Below are positions 27,288-36,745 of a stretch of 42,439 nucleotides of DNA, piece after piece. The stretch spans positions 1-42,439 of the IMG/VR virus record IMGVR_UViG_3300049009_000475. One strand, written 5' to 3'. The notes beneath the pieces are model-generated. The model worked only from the letters and a program-made list of their open reading frames with translations, searched no databases and was not told the origin of the DNA. Position 1 is the first letter of the stretch. Each line of letters starts with the position of its first letter. The translations under genes and the position numbers were made by a program. The DNA comes from a virus. Its lineage: Duplodnaviria > Caudoviricetes.

Positions 27288-28352
27288 ATGCCAAAAATAG
27301 TTGACAAAAACAAAATTCTTGAAATGTATTCCTGCGGGGCATCTCTAAAAGAGATCGAAGAAGAAACCAAATACAGCAGAACAACTATCCTGAAACACCT
27401 GAAAGCCAGCAATATATGGGTTAGCAAATCCGAGCAGGATAAAGAAATTTTGAGAAAGTATATTGATGAGGGAAAATCTATGGCACAAGTTTCTAGAGAG
27501 ACTGGACTCTGTAGGAATACGATATCCTATAGACTCAATGTAAACAACGCCGAAATTAGGTCCAATGAAATTGACGGACACGAAGTGGTCGAGCTATACC
27601 ATTCTGGCTTGCTTATATCTGAAGTCGCCAAGGCTGTAGGATGCAGTGCCAACACAGTCACAAGCAAGTTAGTAAATTCTGGCCTAGTACCAGATAATCA
27701 TCTACTGAAGATAGACGACAAAGAGCTACTAGATACGTATACGGGATATGGAAGCTTGACAAAGACCGCTGCCCATTTCAGGGTCTCTACTCATTTCATC
27801 AAAAAGAACTTAATAAAGAACGGCATAACCGTCTTTAGGCATAAAAATTGGGATGCCGCAGATACTCCGGAAGCTATCGAATTATATAGGCTTGGCATGT
27901 CGACTGCAAAAATAGGAAGGAAATTTGGCTTCAGTCATACAACGATAATCTCTGAGTTAGAAAAGTCTGGAGTCCAGCTAAGAAAAAAGCATACAGAGGC
28001 GGTCAGAGGATCTGGATATTCAAAAATTTCAGACTCGTTTATGGGTCGGATAAGGACTGGAGCTAGCAAAAGAGGTTTAAGCTTTGAAGTAGATAGCGAC
28101 TTTCTTTTTTGTCTTTTTTCCTCCCAAGGGGGGAAATGTAAACTTTCTGGGGTTGATATATCTTTGCCGAAAAATTATTCAGAATTTAGCTTAGGCGATT
28201 GCACAGCTTCACTAGACAGAATTGACTCCTCCAAAGGATATACAAAGGATAATGTGCAATGGCTTCACAAGTCGGTCAATGTGATGAAAAATGCTATGTC
28301 CGATCAGGAGTTCATCTCTTGGTGCAGGAAAATATCAGACCTCAACCCTTAG
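27288..28352 (+). CDS. Multi-HTH HNH-like endonuclease (probable free-standing homing endonuclease), antisense to its neighbours
   Basis: Five tandem HTH units, then QGGKCKLSG...ASLDRIDSSKGYTKDNVQWLHKSVNVMK. AGGAG at 27275-27279 favours ATG 27288 as start. Confidence 0.85.
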   Translation: MPKIVDKNKILEMYSCGASLKEIEEETKYSRTTILKHLKASNIWVSKSEQDKEILRKYIDEGKSMAQVSRETGLCRNTISYRLNVNNAEIRSNEIDGHEVVELYHSGLLISEVAKAVGCSANTVTSKLVNSGLVPDNHLLKIDDKELLDTYTGYGSLTKTAAHFRVSTHFIKKNLIKNGITVFRHKNWDAADTPEAIELYRLGMSTAKIGRKFGFSHTTIISELEKSGVQLRKKHTEAVRGSGYSKISDSFMGRIRTGASKRGLSFEVDSDFLFCLFSSQGGKCKLSGVDISLPKNYSEFSLGDCTASLDRIDSSKGYTKDNVQWLHKSVNVMKNAMSDQEFISWCRKISDLNP

Positions 28353-28362
28353 GTCTCGTAAT

Positions 28363-28578
28363 TCATCTGAATCCTTTATCAAAATTTGGCCCATACACCT
28401 TATGATCCTGCGATGGATCGAATGCTGCAGCTAAAATATGAAGCTGTTCACTATTTATTACTCTATCTCCATATGCTCGGCAAAGTATTCTACTTATGCT
28501 CGCATTCCAAATATCGTGAGTAGTCTTCAAGATTTCTTCAGTCTTTCGGTTCAAGCGACACCTCGTTTCTTCCACCAC
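28363..28578 (-). CDS. Hypothetical protein
   Basis: 71-aa ORF filling the gap in the - operon; start uncertain because it overlaps the upstream gene. Confidence 0.5.
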   Translation of the reverse strand: MVEETRCRLNRKTEEILKTTHDIWNASISRILCRAYGDRVINSEQLHILAAAFDPSQDHKVYGPNFDKGFR

Positions 28579-29581
28579 CAGAGTACACCTTCATCCTGTT
28601 CAGGTCGGCATACTTGGCTGTAACAGCATCCAGTCCGATTCTTTCAATTTCACTACGGATGAACATGCAGGCTGGCACATCTGGGGAAATTTCTGGAATA
28701 ATCTGGGAGAAAGCACACAGATACTTGCACTTGAAATGATTACAGGTTTTACTAACCACTCGGGGAAACTTATCATCTCGGATAGCCTCAAACTGCTCCC
28801 GAATCATAAGCTCCGCTTTTTTGAAGTCTTTGTCATCAAAGGCAAAAGTGAAGACTCCACCGGGCACAAAAACCTTATCAATGGTGTAGTCGTTCGTGTA
28901 ATAGATGGAGATGTAGAAATGCTTATCTGGATACTTTAGTCTTAGGGCATAGTAATAAAGCAGTAGTTGCTTATCTTCCGCCAAACAATCGTAGGTCTTG
29001 ACCTTCTCGGTAGCCCAGTTGTATCTTCTTCCAGACTTATAGTCTACGATATGGAAGAATACGTCATCCTCCTTGAGGATCAGGTCCACTGTTCCCTTTA
29101 GGCCGAGCCTGCCCTCGATGACCTCGTCCCCAACCTTGTATGAGTAATTCGCCCACTCATGAGGAACTTCAACCTCAAAGAACTCCTCTACAGCATGGAC
29201 ATTCTGATTCAGAGGATTCATCTCGCCATCCATCTTTGTGATGGCCAAATGAGTCCAGTCCAGCGTAATCTTCTTAGAATTCTTCGGCATTATTCCCGGA
29301 AAGAGCTTTTCATAATAGGCGTGAGATAGATCATTAAAGTACTCGATAGAGCACTTAGAAAAATTTATCTTACCAAACTCTTCGTCTACAAAGCTTCGCT
29401 TCTTATTCTGCTGAGCTATTTTCTGTTTCCCTAATAGCTCAAGATTTTTATGCATGGTACTGCCCATAATGGCCTTACCATTGTCCTTATCCTTCATACC
29501 TAAGACGTATGTGAATAAGTACTTCTGGGGGCACATTGCATAAGTGCCTATCGAACTAGAGCGTAGGTAGGTCAGAATCAT
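28538..29581 (-). CDS. Cas4/RecB-like PD-(D/E)xK exonuclease
   Basis: RSSSIGTYAMCPQKY; LKGTVDLI...IVDYKSG; QLLLYYYA; C-terminal CNHFKCKYLC, giving the split 1+3 Cys arrangement of Fe-S nucleases. Confidence 0.85.
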   Translation of the reverse strand: MILTYLRSSSIGTYAMCPQKYLFTYVLGMKDKDNGKAIMGSTMHKNLELLGKQKIAQQNKKRSFVDEEFGKINFSKCSIEYFNDLSHAYYEKLFPGIMPKNSKKITLDWTHLAITKMDGEMNPLNQNVHAVEEFFEVEVPHEWANYSYKVGDEVIEGRLGLKGTVDLILKEDDVFFHIVDYKSGRRYNWATEKVKTYDCLAEDKQLLLYYYALRLKYPDKHFYISIYYTNDYTIDKVFVPGGVFTFAFDDKDFKKAELMIREQFEAIRDDKFPRVVSKTCNHFKCKYLCAFSQIIPEISPDVPACMFIRSEIERIGLDAVTAKYADLNRMKVYSGGGRNEVSLEPKD

Positions 29582-30423
29582 TATTCAGCCTTATTTACGA
29601 ATTCGCTAATACCCTTTTGGACCAAGAATTCCAAAAGCTGTTGGTTCGCAGACTTGATGTCAAGCTTCTCGTTATCTAGGACAAGGTCGAAGTCAGTGAA
29701 CTCCTTGAGTCCTTCTTCTGAGGCGTGGCTGTCTCTTGTTGGGCGACGGGTTAGTCGCACGATCGTGCCGTCCTCATCTTTTACCGCCTGTGCCTCATTA
29801 TCAAAGCGGCAATCGGCAATAACTGCAACAAGGGGAGAATCCATCTTGATTTTATTCATCAGGATCTTAATCCAAACCGGCTCGTACATGCGGCGGAAGA
29901 TATCGGTGCCCACGTACTGGAGTACTTCACGGGCGGTCATAAAGCCGGGCTTATGGACCATGATTCCATGCTCTAATAGGTGCTGCTCATCGTACCCGCC
30001 GCCATCATTAGAGAATAGGCTCTTGGCTTTTTCGGGGGTGATAACCCCCGGCATGTTTTCCCACTTGAGCTTAGTCAAGCTATTCTTGTAGCTTCCGTAA
30101 GCCTGCTCATGGGAAATGTCGAACATGGTGATGCACAGTTCCTTTAATGCATCAGCAAAGTTATACATCTTTACATACGGCCAAATCATTTGGTCGGCAT
30201 ACTGGACATATAAGTCATCCTTGCGGGATAGATCGAGAACTCCCATATCCTCTTTAACTTCCCCATCTTTCATATAATGGGTGTTGACCTTGAGTTCTCC
30301 GTCTTTGGTGATGTCGTATTCGCGAATGACTTCATTGAGCTTCAATAGGTGCCCATGAAGGAAATTCGCGGCTGTAGTCTTACCAGATTCTTTCGCTCCC
30401 GCGAGGCACACAATTTGGGTCAT
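29581..30423 (-). CDS. Deoxynucleoside monophosphate kinase
   Basis: AGAKESGKTT P-loop; NFADALK; TAREVLQYVGTDIFR; IADCRFDNE; HASE. Confidence 0.88.
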   Translation of the reverse strand: MTQIVCLAGAKESGKTTAANFLHGHLLKLNEVIREYDITKDGELKVNTHYMKDGEVKEDMGVLDLSRKDDLYVQYADQMIWPYVKMYNFADALKELCITMFDISHEQAYGSYKNSLTKLKWENMPGVITPEKAKSLFSNDGGGYDEQHLLEHGIMVHKPGFMTAREVLQYVGTDIFRRMYEPVWIKILMNKIKMDSPLVAVIADCRFDNEAQAVKDEDGTIVRLTRRPTRDSHASEEGLKEFTDFDLVLDNEKLDIKSANQQLLEFLVQKGISEFVNKAE

Positions 30424-31430
30424 AGCTTTAATCCTTGAACTTCCTCAATTGACATTTCCCCAACATCGTCGACGTCAGGCACAACATGTTTTACATTAAA
30501 CAAGCGATTCAGCTTATTACAATCTTCCCTACACTTATCGCCAGCCTCATCCCTATCAAACACAGTGACCACATTTGTGACCCCAGTCTTTTGTAGTAGA
30601 AGCTCCTGATGGTCTGATAGGCGAGATCCGAAAATCCCAACGGCGTTTTTGATTCCGGCCTCATGGAAACGTATCACGTCACCTTGGCCCTCTACTAGTA
30701 TAACCTTGCCAGCTTGACAAATAGCTTGAAAAGCCAACCAAAGCCCATATAGGTGATGGGATTTTTTAAACCCCTTTTGGTTCTTCCACTTATCAGGAGC
30801 GTTGATTAATGTTCGACCAACACAACCTATGAAGATTTTGCCAGTTGGATCATATACTGGGAATACAGCCCGCCCATGCATCTCCTTCGTCGGATCATTA
30901 CATATCCCAACGTCAAAGATGTCAAGGATTTCGGACGAGAAACCCCTCTTTAAGTAGAAGTCTACTGGTCTTATCAGCTTACTACGAATTTCTTGTCTTG
31001 ACGGACCAGTTGGCTTATCTTTATCCCTAAGTACTATGTCATTGAAAACGTCAGAGACATAATCAACTTGTTCGGTTCCACAGAATGTGGAGGCCAGCTT
31101 AAGGACCTCAGTAAAAGATAAGTTGCCATTTACAGTCGCGAGGCCCCTGAGCAGCCCAAGGACGTCGCCACCATATTTCTTATGACACCCAGCGGTATTA
31201 CAAAACCAGCGTCCGCAGTATTCAGAAGTGATGTCCGAATTAACATTGAAGGCAGTAACATTGTCCCCATCATGTATTGGACAATTACAAACCAGTAGCT
31301 GTCCAGATCGATAGGTTCGCACGCCAAAGTAATTGAGGATCTCTGGAATCTTAGCCTTCAGTTTCCCCTTCAGGTTCTTCAGATCGTTCTGGGAACTCTT
31401 TACTTCTAGAAAGTCGTCTAACAGTGCCAA
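30420..31430 (-). CDS. dnaG: DNA primase (Zn finger + TOPRIM)
   Basis: CPIH...WFCNTAGC; RAVFPV...GCVGR; LVEGQGDV; FDRDEAG. No ATG before the Zn finger; TTG 31430 has AAGGA 9 nt upstream and overlaps the helicase by 80 nt. Confidence 0.9.
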   Translation of the reverse strand: MALLDDFLEVKSSQNDLKNLKGKLKAKIPEILNYFGVRTYRSGQLLVCNCPIHDGDNVTAFNVNSDITSEYCGRWFCNTAGCHKKYGGDVLGLLRGLATVNGNLSFTEVLKLASTFCGTEQVDYVSDVFNDIVLRDKDKPTGPSRQEIRSKLIRPVDFYLKRGFSSEILDIFDVGICNDPTKEMHGRAVFPVYDPTGKIFIGCVGRTLINAPDKWKNQKGFKKSHHLYGLWLAFQAICQAGKVILVEGQGDVIRFHEAGIKNAVGIFGSRLSDHQELLLQKTGVTNVVTVFDRDEAGDKCREDCNKLNRLFNVKHVVPDVDDVGEMSIEEVQGLKL

Positions 31431-32790
31431 TTTCTTTCATCCTTGCTAATTCGCCCTTCATTTCGAGACAGATATACCCGTCATCAGTCATTCCGGGGCC
31501 ATGTCTTGATAATACTGGTACTAGCTTGCGGTTGCCATTTTTAGGGCCATCATCAGCGATTTCATCTACTGACTTTTGCTTAAGGATGGTGAACGAAGTA
31601 CAGAGCCAGCCAATTCTGTCAGACTGGGAGATAACATCGGCTGATTCTTTGTCGATACCGTCCCTATTTAACTGGACAAAAGACAAGCAAGGTACATCAT
31701 GTTCAACACAGAAGTTGTGCAACTTTGTTGCTTGGAATCCCATAGCCTGAAATTCTGCTATGTTTTCTGATAGACCAGATGAATCCATCAGTTTAAAATA
31801 GTCGTAGATGATTAGGCAGTCTTTAGTTCTGCCGGTTGGCTCAAACCCAACTTCCTTGAGCACCCACCTACGAGCAATTGAGAGAATCTCATCGAAGCCC
31901 TTGCCAGATACATTAATGTAATAGTAGGGCATTTGCTGGAGCGAATCTCTGGCAGACTTGACCGAATCAACAGACAGTGGGTCGGACTTAAACTCACCCT
32001 TCTTAATAGTATTGATCGGTATGCCAGATAAATTAGCCCATGATCTATTCATATGGTCTAGTTCTGACATTTCGGTGTCTAGAACTAAAACAGGAATGCC
32101 TAATTTACCAGCAACATGCAGTGACACATTTTCGCAGAAAATACTCTTTCCGCCTTTGGTTCTTGCTCCGACAAGATCCACACACTTCCTAAGGAACCCA
32201 CCGCCTATCGCATCATCATATGATGGGAAGCCGCTTGGAATACCGACCTGCTTAATCTCATCAGACATTAAGTAATCGAAGTAATCCATACCGCTGTCGC
32301 CAAGGATTTTCGGCTTATTCTCATCCTTCTTCATGTAGGACGTTGAGGCATTAGAAAGTGGTGTATCAACAACTGCAATAATGTCAGAGAGGGATTCCTC
32401 TCCTGAGATCTCATTGAGGCTCTTGTAGGACTCCTTGATGGTTTCCTGCAAATGTCGGGCGAACTGGAGCCTTCTGATCTTCTTAGCATGCCCTAAGACG
32501 CTTGAGACGTCCACTGGAGTGGCTAAGACCCCATTGAAATGCTTCAGGACGTCTGGCTTGTTTACATACTCTCCGAGGGAAAGGTCAGTTGCTGCTGAAA
32601 GCAGCGACACAAAATCAACCCTGTCAGACTTATTCACTATGTGCTTGATGCACTTATACATGACCTTATTAAAGTCTACAGTAAAAGTGGCCTCTTCAAG
32701 GAAGGCCTCAGTATCAAGATAGCAGTCGACTCCGTGAGAGCAGATACCAGCCAGAACTGCTCTCTCACTAGCCACATTACTCAGGTCCAT
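31351..32790 (-). CDS. dnaB: Replicative DNA helicase
   Basis: SERAVLAG N-terminus; GIPSGFPSYD; Walker A GARTKGGKS; LDTEMS; IIYDYFKLM; FVQLNR; SRHGP. Confidence 0.93.
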   Translation of the reverse strand: MDLSNVASERAVLAGICSHGVDCYLDTEAFLEEATFTVDFNKVMYKCIKHIVNKSDRVDFVSLLSAATDLSLGEYVNKPDVLKHFNGVLATPVDVSSVLGHAKKIRRLQFARHLQETIKESYKSLNEISGEESLSDIIAVVDTPLSNASTSYMKKDENKPKILGDSGMDYFDYLMSDEIKQVGIPSGFPSYDDAIGGGFLRKCVDLVGARTKGGKSIFCENVSLHVAGKLGIPVLVLDTEMSELDHMNRSWANLSGIPINTIKKGEFKSDPLSVDSVKSARDSLQQMPYYYINVSGKGFDEILSIARRWVLKEVGFEPTGRTKDCLIIYDYFKLMDSSGLSENIAEFQAMGFQATKLHNFCVEHDVPCLSFVQLNRDGIDKESADVISQSDRIGWLCTSFTILKQKSVDEIADDGPKNGNRKLVPVLSRHGPGMTDDGYICLEMKGELARMKEIGTVRRLSRSKEFPERSEEPEGETEG

Positions 32791-33286
32791 TTATTTTCCC
32801 TTTTAGGAGACACTTAGTACACTTGTAGACTTCTGGATCTCTCTTGAAGAGAGGGGCAACAGTTTCTGTTGCTTTACATAGACTGCACGTCATTTCGACC
32901 GGCTTAAAAGGCTTACGTGTTCTTGGAGTCAATGGTACATTGTCATTAATCCCATCTGCCCCTGCTTCCTCTGGAGACTCTCCAGTGTCCACATATTCGA
33001 TCTTGCCAGCTTTGGCTGGTGTCTTCTTCTTTCTTCCACGAGAGGGTTTTGGCTTCTCTGGTTCGACCAAATCTGGCTGAGTCTGTTGTCTGATATTGGA
33101 ACGAGCGGGCCTCATTGTAAAGTCATCTAGGTCATTTTTCTTCCTGACTTCTGGGATTTTCTTGCTTGGCTCTCGGGCCGCTGGTGGGACCACTGGCGAT
33201 TCCAAAGTTCCAGTAAGTTGCCGATAAAACTCGACAACTAATGCCCAGTCTTTTTTATCTATTGCCAATTTAAGCTTATCGATCAT
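32777..33286 (-). CDS. Hypothetical protein with low-complexity basic middle and C-terminal Zn finger
   Basis: CSLC...YKCTKC at the C-terminus; start moved to ATG 33286 (MIDKLK), overlapping the upstream stop. Confidence 0.7.
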   Translation of the reverse strand: MIDKLKLAIDKKDWALVVEFYRQLTGTLESPVVPPAAREPSKKIPEVRKKNDLDDFTMRPARSNIRQQTQPDLVEPEKPKPSRGRKKKTPAKAGKIEYVDTGESPEEAGADGINDNVPLTPRTRKPFKPVEMTCSLCKATETVAPLFKRDPEVYKCTKCLLKGKINGPE

Positions 33287-33764
33287 AGGATCTCTTCTTT
33301 CCAATATCTTGTAGGATGTCGGCCATTCTCTTTACTGAATCGAGCTTCTGGTCAGACTGAATAATTACTGCGTTCAAATAAATCCGCATCTTCTCGACCT
33401 TAGTCGCAAAGGTGTCTTCTGAGATAATTGCCTGTCTTTTTACCTCATATTTCATATATTCAGAATGGTTGCTCCAATTGCGGGCAACTATATTGTGAAT
33501 GATTTCCTCGCACCATGCTCGCTTCGCTATGCATTTGTCTGTTTCCTTGCGGACAAACACACAATATGAGTGGAGCTTGAAAGCCCCAGCATAGGCTTCG
33601 TCCGAAGACAGAGAAATAAGATCCTCGTGCGGCATATCCAGAATGGTCTGGACGATAGGATCAAAACTACAATCAGGAGTCATGAACTCAAGACAGTATC
33701 TGTCTACAAACGAAGTGAGTTCTTTCAGCCCTGTGATATCGCTGAACTTATCAAGTTCTTCCAT
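33276..33764 (-). CDS. UvsY-like recombination mediator (tentative)
   Basis: 162 aa, all-helical; YMKYEVKRQAIISED...KVEKMRIYL...KLDSVKRMADIL follows the pattern of the T4 UvsY C-terminal half as I recall it; two genes from recA. Confidence 0.5.
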   Translation of the reverse strand: MEELDKFSDITGLKELTSFVDRYCLEFMTPDCSFDPIVQTILDMPHEDLISLSSDEAYAGAFKLHSYCVFVRKETDKCIAKRAWCEEIIHNIVARNWSNHSEYMKYEVKRQAIISEDTFATKVEKMRIYLNAVIIQSDQKLDSVKRMADILQDIGKKRSYDR

Positions 33765-34117
33765 TTGTCCTCCTCATCGTGTGGTAGAGATACTAGCGTG
33801 ATGCTGTTAAGGCTGCACCATTCTGATTTATCTCGATCTCTCTTGCGAGCCAGCAAGAAATCGGCTTTAGTCTTATGAAAGAATGGGACAAATTCATAGT
33901 GCTGTCTACCATGAACCTCGACAGCCAGAGAGATAGACGGCATAAAGATGTCAAGATAAAGGCCACAGCCCGGCAGTGTTACCTCTTCAAAGATAACAAC
34001 TCCGGGCAGGATCTCCAGTAAAAGAGAAAGGGCCTTTTGATGCGGGGCTGACTTAGCCCTAGTCTTCCGTTTGGTGGACTGGAGGATGAGCTTATGCTCT
34101 TTCCCGTCCAATCCCAT
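33725..34117 (-). CDS. Vsr/DUF559-like endonuclease
   Basis: FEEVTLP..LYLDIF...LAVEVHGRQHY...RDRDKSEWC..NSITLV. Confidence 0.8.
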   Translation of the reverse strand: MGLDGKEHKLILQSTKRKTRAKSAPHQKALSLLLEILPGVVIFEEVTLPGCGLYLDIFMPSISLAVEVHGRQHYEFVPFFHKTKADFLLARKRDRDKSEWCSLNSITLVSLPHDEEDKWKNLISSAISQG

Positions 34118-34119
34118 TA

Positions 34120-35163
34120 CTAGGCGAGCAATGATCCTAGCTCCTTCTTGAGGAATTCACTAGCCGATGGAGTAGACGAGATGAAGTCATAGACTTTCTG
34201 TTGTCCCTGAAACTTCTGCTCGGCTACCGAGGCTAGATCTGGATGCTCGGCCAAGTACGGAAGAGTAAACCACGCTCCGGCCTTTTCGATCAAGCCAAAG
34301 GATTCGCCAAGCTCAATGAACTCCTTAGTGCAGTCAATGCCATGGCCGAATCTTAGATAGGAGGTTACTGTGTTGCCACTAGCACCCATTGCTGAGCAAC
34401 TAATGTCACATGTAGTCTTCTGGCCTATCTTTTTACCGTTTTCTTCCCATGGTTCTACGTGAGTGAAATCAAGCCGATTGTCAGCCTGATACTGCACCAT
34501 AACACCACAGTCAGCAACTTTATGCTTACCGTACCCACTAGTATTGGTAATGTAGTGAGTGATAAGGATCATGAGAATATCATTTCTCACGACAACCTGA
34601 GCGTTCTGCTTGACCCAATGTGACAGCATCTTTGGTAGCTGTGCTCTGAGCTTAGAAGAAACTTCGGCATCCATCTCGTCCCTTGGGAGCAGTGATGAGG
34701 TGGAGTCAATCACACATACACATCCTCTGTTTTTGGGCAGACGGATCATAGCATTGACAGCATTAAGTGTGTCTTCGGCAGAAAGATCTTCATCCTTACT
34801 GCTGATGACTTCAATCTCTTTTCGGTCAAGGTTATGGATTCCGGCAAGGTTGTACATCTTAATGCGGCTTTCAGCGTCCGCATAGATGCCCCTACGGCCT
34901 TGTGCTTGAGCATTCGCAATAAGTTGAAGGCACAAGCTTGATTTACCGCATTTTGGAACTCCAGAGATCACCGTCCAACTGCCTTCGAGGATGCCTCCAT
35001 TTAGACCCAGATCATAAGCAGGACTAATCCCAATACATTTCTTGTTGCACTTTTCATCAAAGATATCAGTGCCACTACGGATGATGTCTCCGTACTTTTT
35101 CTTGATAGCGGCCATGCCAATATCGCCCGGATCAATAATTTCACTCTTTGCTTTTTTCGCCAT
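34120..35163 (-). CDS. recA: RecA/UvsX-like recombinase
   Basis: DLGLNGGI; Walker A GVPKCGKSS; YADAES; Walker B VIDS; FGHGID; IEKAGAWF. Confidence 0.92.
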   Translation of the reverse strand: MAKKAKSEIIDPGDIGMAAIKKKYGDIIRSGTDIFDEKCNKKCIGISPAYDLGLNGGILEGSWTVISGVPKCGKSSLCLQLIANAQAQGRRGIYADAESRIKMYNLAGIHNLDRKEIEVISSKDEDLSAEDTLNAVNAMIRLPKNRGCVCVIDSTSSLLPRDEMDAEVSSKLRAQLPKMLSHWVKQNAQVVVRNDILMILITHYITNTSGYGKHKVADCGVMVQYQADNRLDFTHVEPWEENGKKIGQKTTCDISCSAMGASGNTVTSYLRFGHGIDCTKEFIELGESFGLIEKAGAWFTLPYLAEHPDLASVAEQKFQGQQKVYDFISSTPSASEFLKKELGSLLA

Positions 35164-35164
35164 G

Positions 35165-35404
35165 TTATCTCATAACCCTCGAAAGTAACTCACTAATCTG
35201 CAAAAACACTTCTCTCTTCATCTTTATTGAGATGTCCAAAACTACTTCATCAGACCTGAAAGGCAAGGAGAACATATTGCCCTTCGAGTCTCCGCAAATG
35301 TCTGCAAGAATATCGGCGGTAGAATTCACCCGATATATTTGAAGTTGCCCATTATCGGAATTATCCAACATCATCTGGAAAAGTTCTTTTTGGGTAATAC
35401 TCAT
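35165..35404 (-). CDS. Hypothetical protein
   Basis: 79 aa; ATGA-coupled upstream and 1 nt from the recA start. Confidence 0.7.
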   Translation of the reverse strand: MSITQKELFQMMLDNSDNGQLQIYRVNSTADILADICGDSKGNMFSLPFRSDEVVLDISIKMKREVFLQISELLSRVMR

Positions 35405-35811
35405 AGTTCGCTGAGCCTATTAATTTTTCCAAACGGTTTGGTCGGAACGACCACTTCTTCTACTTTCGACTTTTCGATAATCTTCTGGTTATCTTCCATC
35501 TCTTGCTGAAATTTTTCAGCCAGAGCAACTAACTGCGGATTCTTAACCGAGCAAGCATTAGTCTGCTTGAAGGCCTTAAGGATGCAAGACGAGCATACTC
35601 TCTCAAGCAGCTTATTGATCCGCATTATCTCAATCTGGTAGTCCTTTTTGTACTTAGGATTGTTCCAGAAGGATTGTGGGAGGGCCGATTTGCTAAACTC
35701 GGCTCTCCTCTTGAACAACATCTCAGCAATATAATTATCCACTGTCACACACCCCTCCTTATACATGGAGGGAAACGGCCTCATATCACTCTGGTCGTAT
35801 CTTTTGAACAT
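35401..35811 (-). CDS. Hypothetical protein
   Basis: In-operon ORF (NYIAEML...LPQSFWN.PKY); start likely ATG 35811 or 35784 rather than 35853. Confidence 0.7.
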   Translation of the reverse strand: MFKRYDQSDMRPFPSMYKEGCVTVDNYIAEMLFKRRAEFSKSALPQSFWNNPKYKKDYQIEIMRINKLLERVCSSCILKAFKQTNACSVKNPQLVALAEKFQQEMEDNQKIIEKSKVEEVVVPTKPFGKINRLSEL

Positions 35812-36154
35812 TCTTAGCCAATCTTGGAGACATTCGAGATGTGCGAGTAGCATCCCCCATTTCTGAGGCAGCTTGTGTCATTACTGTAGCACCACGCTTC
35901 TTATTATGCATCATCAGATCATCTACTCTGATCTGCTTAACTCCGGGATCTGGTGGCTTATTTGCTTCGACTTTAGCCGCTTCAGCAGCCTTTTTCGCCT
36001 CATCCTTCGTCAGAAAAGACAAGTATGCTCGCACTAGCTTGATCGAGACCCCAATATCGACTGAAAGAGTTTTAGGGTCTCTTTCTCTGTGACCAGCAAT
36101 ATAAAACTTCTGAACCTTATTGAGGCTTTCTGTATTCTCGCTCTGCTTTTTCAT
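35786..36154 (-). CDS. Hypothetical protein with HTH-like N-terminus
   Basis: LNKVQKFYI...PKTLSVDIGVSIKLVRAYL; C-terminal RGATVMTQAASEMGD. Confidence 0.7.
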   Translation of the reverse strand: MKKQSENTESLNKVQKFYIAGHRERDPKTLSVDIGVSIKLVRAYLSFLTKDEAKKAAEAAKVEANKPPDPGVKQIRVDDLMMHNKKRGATVMTQAASEMGDATRTSRMSPRLAKNVQKIRPE

Positions 36155-36428
36155 AATCTTGATAATCGCCTGTTGTTAGGGCATGTAGAAACTTTTCAAA
36201 ACACGATTTAGAGATTGCCCGATATTCACGCTCCCTAGGGAACTTAATAGATGTCGGGTCAAAGATAGATCCATTGTGGACGAGGGCCTTATAGGCACTG
36301 TGACCATCTGAAGTTACTGACATCAGAATAGCCTTTTCAGGAGTACACTCCTTGCCAGACTTGCCATAGCAAGTAGTGACAACCAGTGTTCTATTGATTT
36401 GGCTTGGGTCGCTGATAAACTGAGTCAT
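36117..36428 (-). CDS. Hypothetical protein
   Basis: 103 aa; TAATG-coupled to the upstream gene. Confidence 0.7.
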   Translation of the reverse strand: MTQFISDPSQINRTLVVTTCYGKSGKECTPEKAILMSVTSDGHSAYKALVHNGSIFDPTSIKFPREREYRAISKSCFEKFLHALTTGDYQDYEKAEREYRKPQ

Positions 36429-36745
36429 TATTCGCCCTCGATGTACTTGATTTTTTGTTTTTCGGTCATATTGTTGATTGCGTTGATCTCTTTGATCTTC
36501 TGCTTAGCCGCCACCTTGCGGTCGTTTGCCTCGCTCTGTAGAGAAGATCCGGCCTTCTTGGTATTCTTCTCTGCTAGTTGGCCAAGAGTCCGGATAGTCT
36601 TGACTTGGCCCATAACAGGAAAGATTAGCCGCTCCAGCCCCAGCTTATTGCACTTTGGGCACTTCCTTTTTACCGGATCTTTGACGCCCTGATAAATCTC
36701 AAACTGATGCTGGCATGCGGAGCACGCATATTCGTATTGTGGCAT
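36428..36745 (-). CDS. FmdB-family zinc-ribbon protein
   Basis: MPQYEYACSACQHQFE...KRKCPKC...LERLI; start at ATG 36745 (TAATG coupling), not 36874. Confidence 0.88.
   Translation of the reverse strand: MPQYEYACSACQHQFEIYQGVKDPVKRKCPKCNKLGLERLIFPVMGQVKTIRTLGQLAEKNTKKAGSSLQSEANDRKVAAKQKIKEINAINNMTEKQKIKYIEGE

Noticed and set aside
27214-28362. Group I intron housing the HNH gene
   Set aside because: The flanks are only about 74 and 10 nt and both neighbouring genes appear complete.
28538-29581. CRISPR-Cas locus suggested by the Cas4-like gene
   Set aside because: No repeat-spacer array or other cas genes are visible in the window.
31351-31430. Frameshift fusion of helicase and primase
   Set aside because: No convincing slippery site; a TTG start with AAGGA 9 nt upstream explains the overlap.
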